From positions 27,652,001 through 27,716,000 of the forward strand of contig CAIIXF020000001.1 of NCBI GenBank assembly GCA_903813345.2: a stretch of 64,000 bases of DNA, written 5' to 3'. Shown piece after piece: positions 62,870-64,000 of this stretch. The translations under genes were made by a program, and so were the position numbers. How positions within the stretch are numbered: the first letter of the stretch is position 1; every line of letters starts with the position of its first letter. This DNA comes from Owenia fusiformis. Its lineage: Eukaryota. A model generated the notes under the pieces. It was not told the origin of the DNA and searched no databases. It saw only the letters and a list, made by a program, of their open reading frames with translations.

Positions 62870-64000
62870 GTAAGTTTTTACACATATAAGTCAATTAATT
62901 GTCAAATGTTGAATTAATTGTGCATGTGCAATGTAAGGCTTTGTATTTACATTACTGAGCGAAAAAAGTGCTTAAATAAATTAACATATAATCATTAAAT
63001 GATGACGTGAAATCCGATATTCATCATGGCTTCTGAATTACAGCCTTTTAGTCATAAATTGTATGTGATTGACAATAACTGAAAAAAATATCTAAATATC
63101 CTATTCTTACATTTCTTAAGCCAATAAATATTTGAAAAGAAATACTGTATTTGAAAAGAGAGAATCGTTTCAAATTGACTGTTTTGATAACCTTTTGAAA
63201 ACTCCTCGAAAGCGCCTATAATTTTTTTGATGGCCACGCATTTTCAAAAGAATAGAATGATTTTATTTCACTGCTTTTAAATTTTAAAACACTTAAACCT
63301 AAGATTCCAGAAAAAATGAACTTTAAAAAAAATTAGATCAAGAGATTTGAAGCTAGAAACACCTATACATCTACAGTATTTTATATAGTTATGACACGGG
63401 GGATAAGCAAAACGAGGGCGAAGCCACGGACTGCCACTCGCGTAACTTTACACCGCAGCCCAGCGCCAAAATGGAGGGACATCCGGCAGGGCCTCCTGCT
63501 TCTTCCGACAAAATAGAGAAATCCAGGTATTTTAAATGCTATCGTAGTGTCTAATCGGTGACCAAAATATTACTCTGTATCTACTGTTGGTCTCTAGATA
63601 AGAAAATAAGCAGTTGTCCAGATCAAGCTAAAACAGTAGCAAAGTTCTGATTTTACCTGTAAAATATGTGCATATTATTTAATTTACTATACATTTGAAA
63701 GGAGTTTTAACACGTTTCTAATATCTAAATGTTAGTTGAGGCTCCGAGTATAATTCGTGAAAATGATTTGATAATAGAATATGTTCATGAGGAGAAAATT
63801 AGATTCAAACTGCGCATTCATAGTGGACGCAGTCCAGTAAACAAAGCTATTTCAACAACGCAACACAGCCTCCATTGATATTCTAAGGAACGCAGTCCAG
63901 CCGCGAACACGAAATAAATAAGATAGTGTACACTATATTCCTACGCTATTATTGTTTCAGGAAAAGAAAGTCAGCATCCAGATTATCATTCAAAGTTACG

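Overview
AT-rich, intron-rich animal genomic DNA, most likely from a marine invertebrate or lophotrochozoan (inferred from gene content and repeat types; the species cannot be named from the sequence). I reconstructed five protein-coding genes by hand from GT-AG boundaries and reading-frame phase. (1) The 5' part of a COP9 signalosome subunit 7 gene on the minus strand, running off the left edge. (2) A complete 12-coding-exon bestrophin gene on the plus strand (696 aa). (3) A complete 4-exon secreted mosaic S1 serine protease gene (550 aa: signal peptide, two lustrin-like Cys repeats, a VWC/pacifastin-like module, TSP1, protease, TSP1) nested antisense in bestrophin coding intron 2. (4) The 3' 30 exons (1579 aa) of a USP24 orthologue on the minus strand, plus two candidate 27-nt microexons. 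(5) The first exon of a signal-peptide-bearing carotenoid-oxygenase (RPE65/BCO-family)-like gene, apparently nested antisense in a USP24 intron. The non-coding DNA is dominated by non-autonomous transposons: a Mutator-like element with three further elements stacked inside it, each with its own target-site duplication (TSD); many MITEs; two Helentron/HINE-like families carrying satellite arrays; tRNA-derived repeats; tandem repeats seeded on splice junctions; and tiny TIR-only palindromes that look like P-element-type excision scars. There is no prokaryotic system, CRISPR array or rRNA. All protein family calls rest on motif recognition, not database searches.
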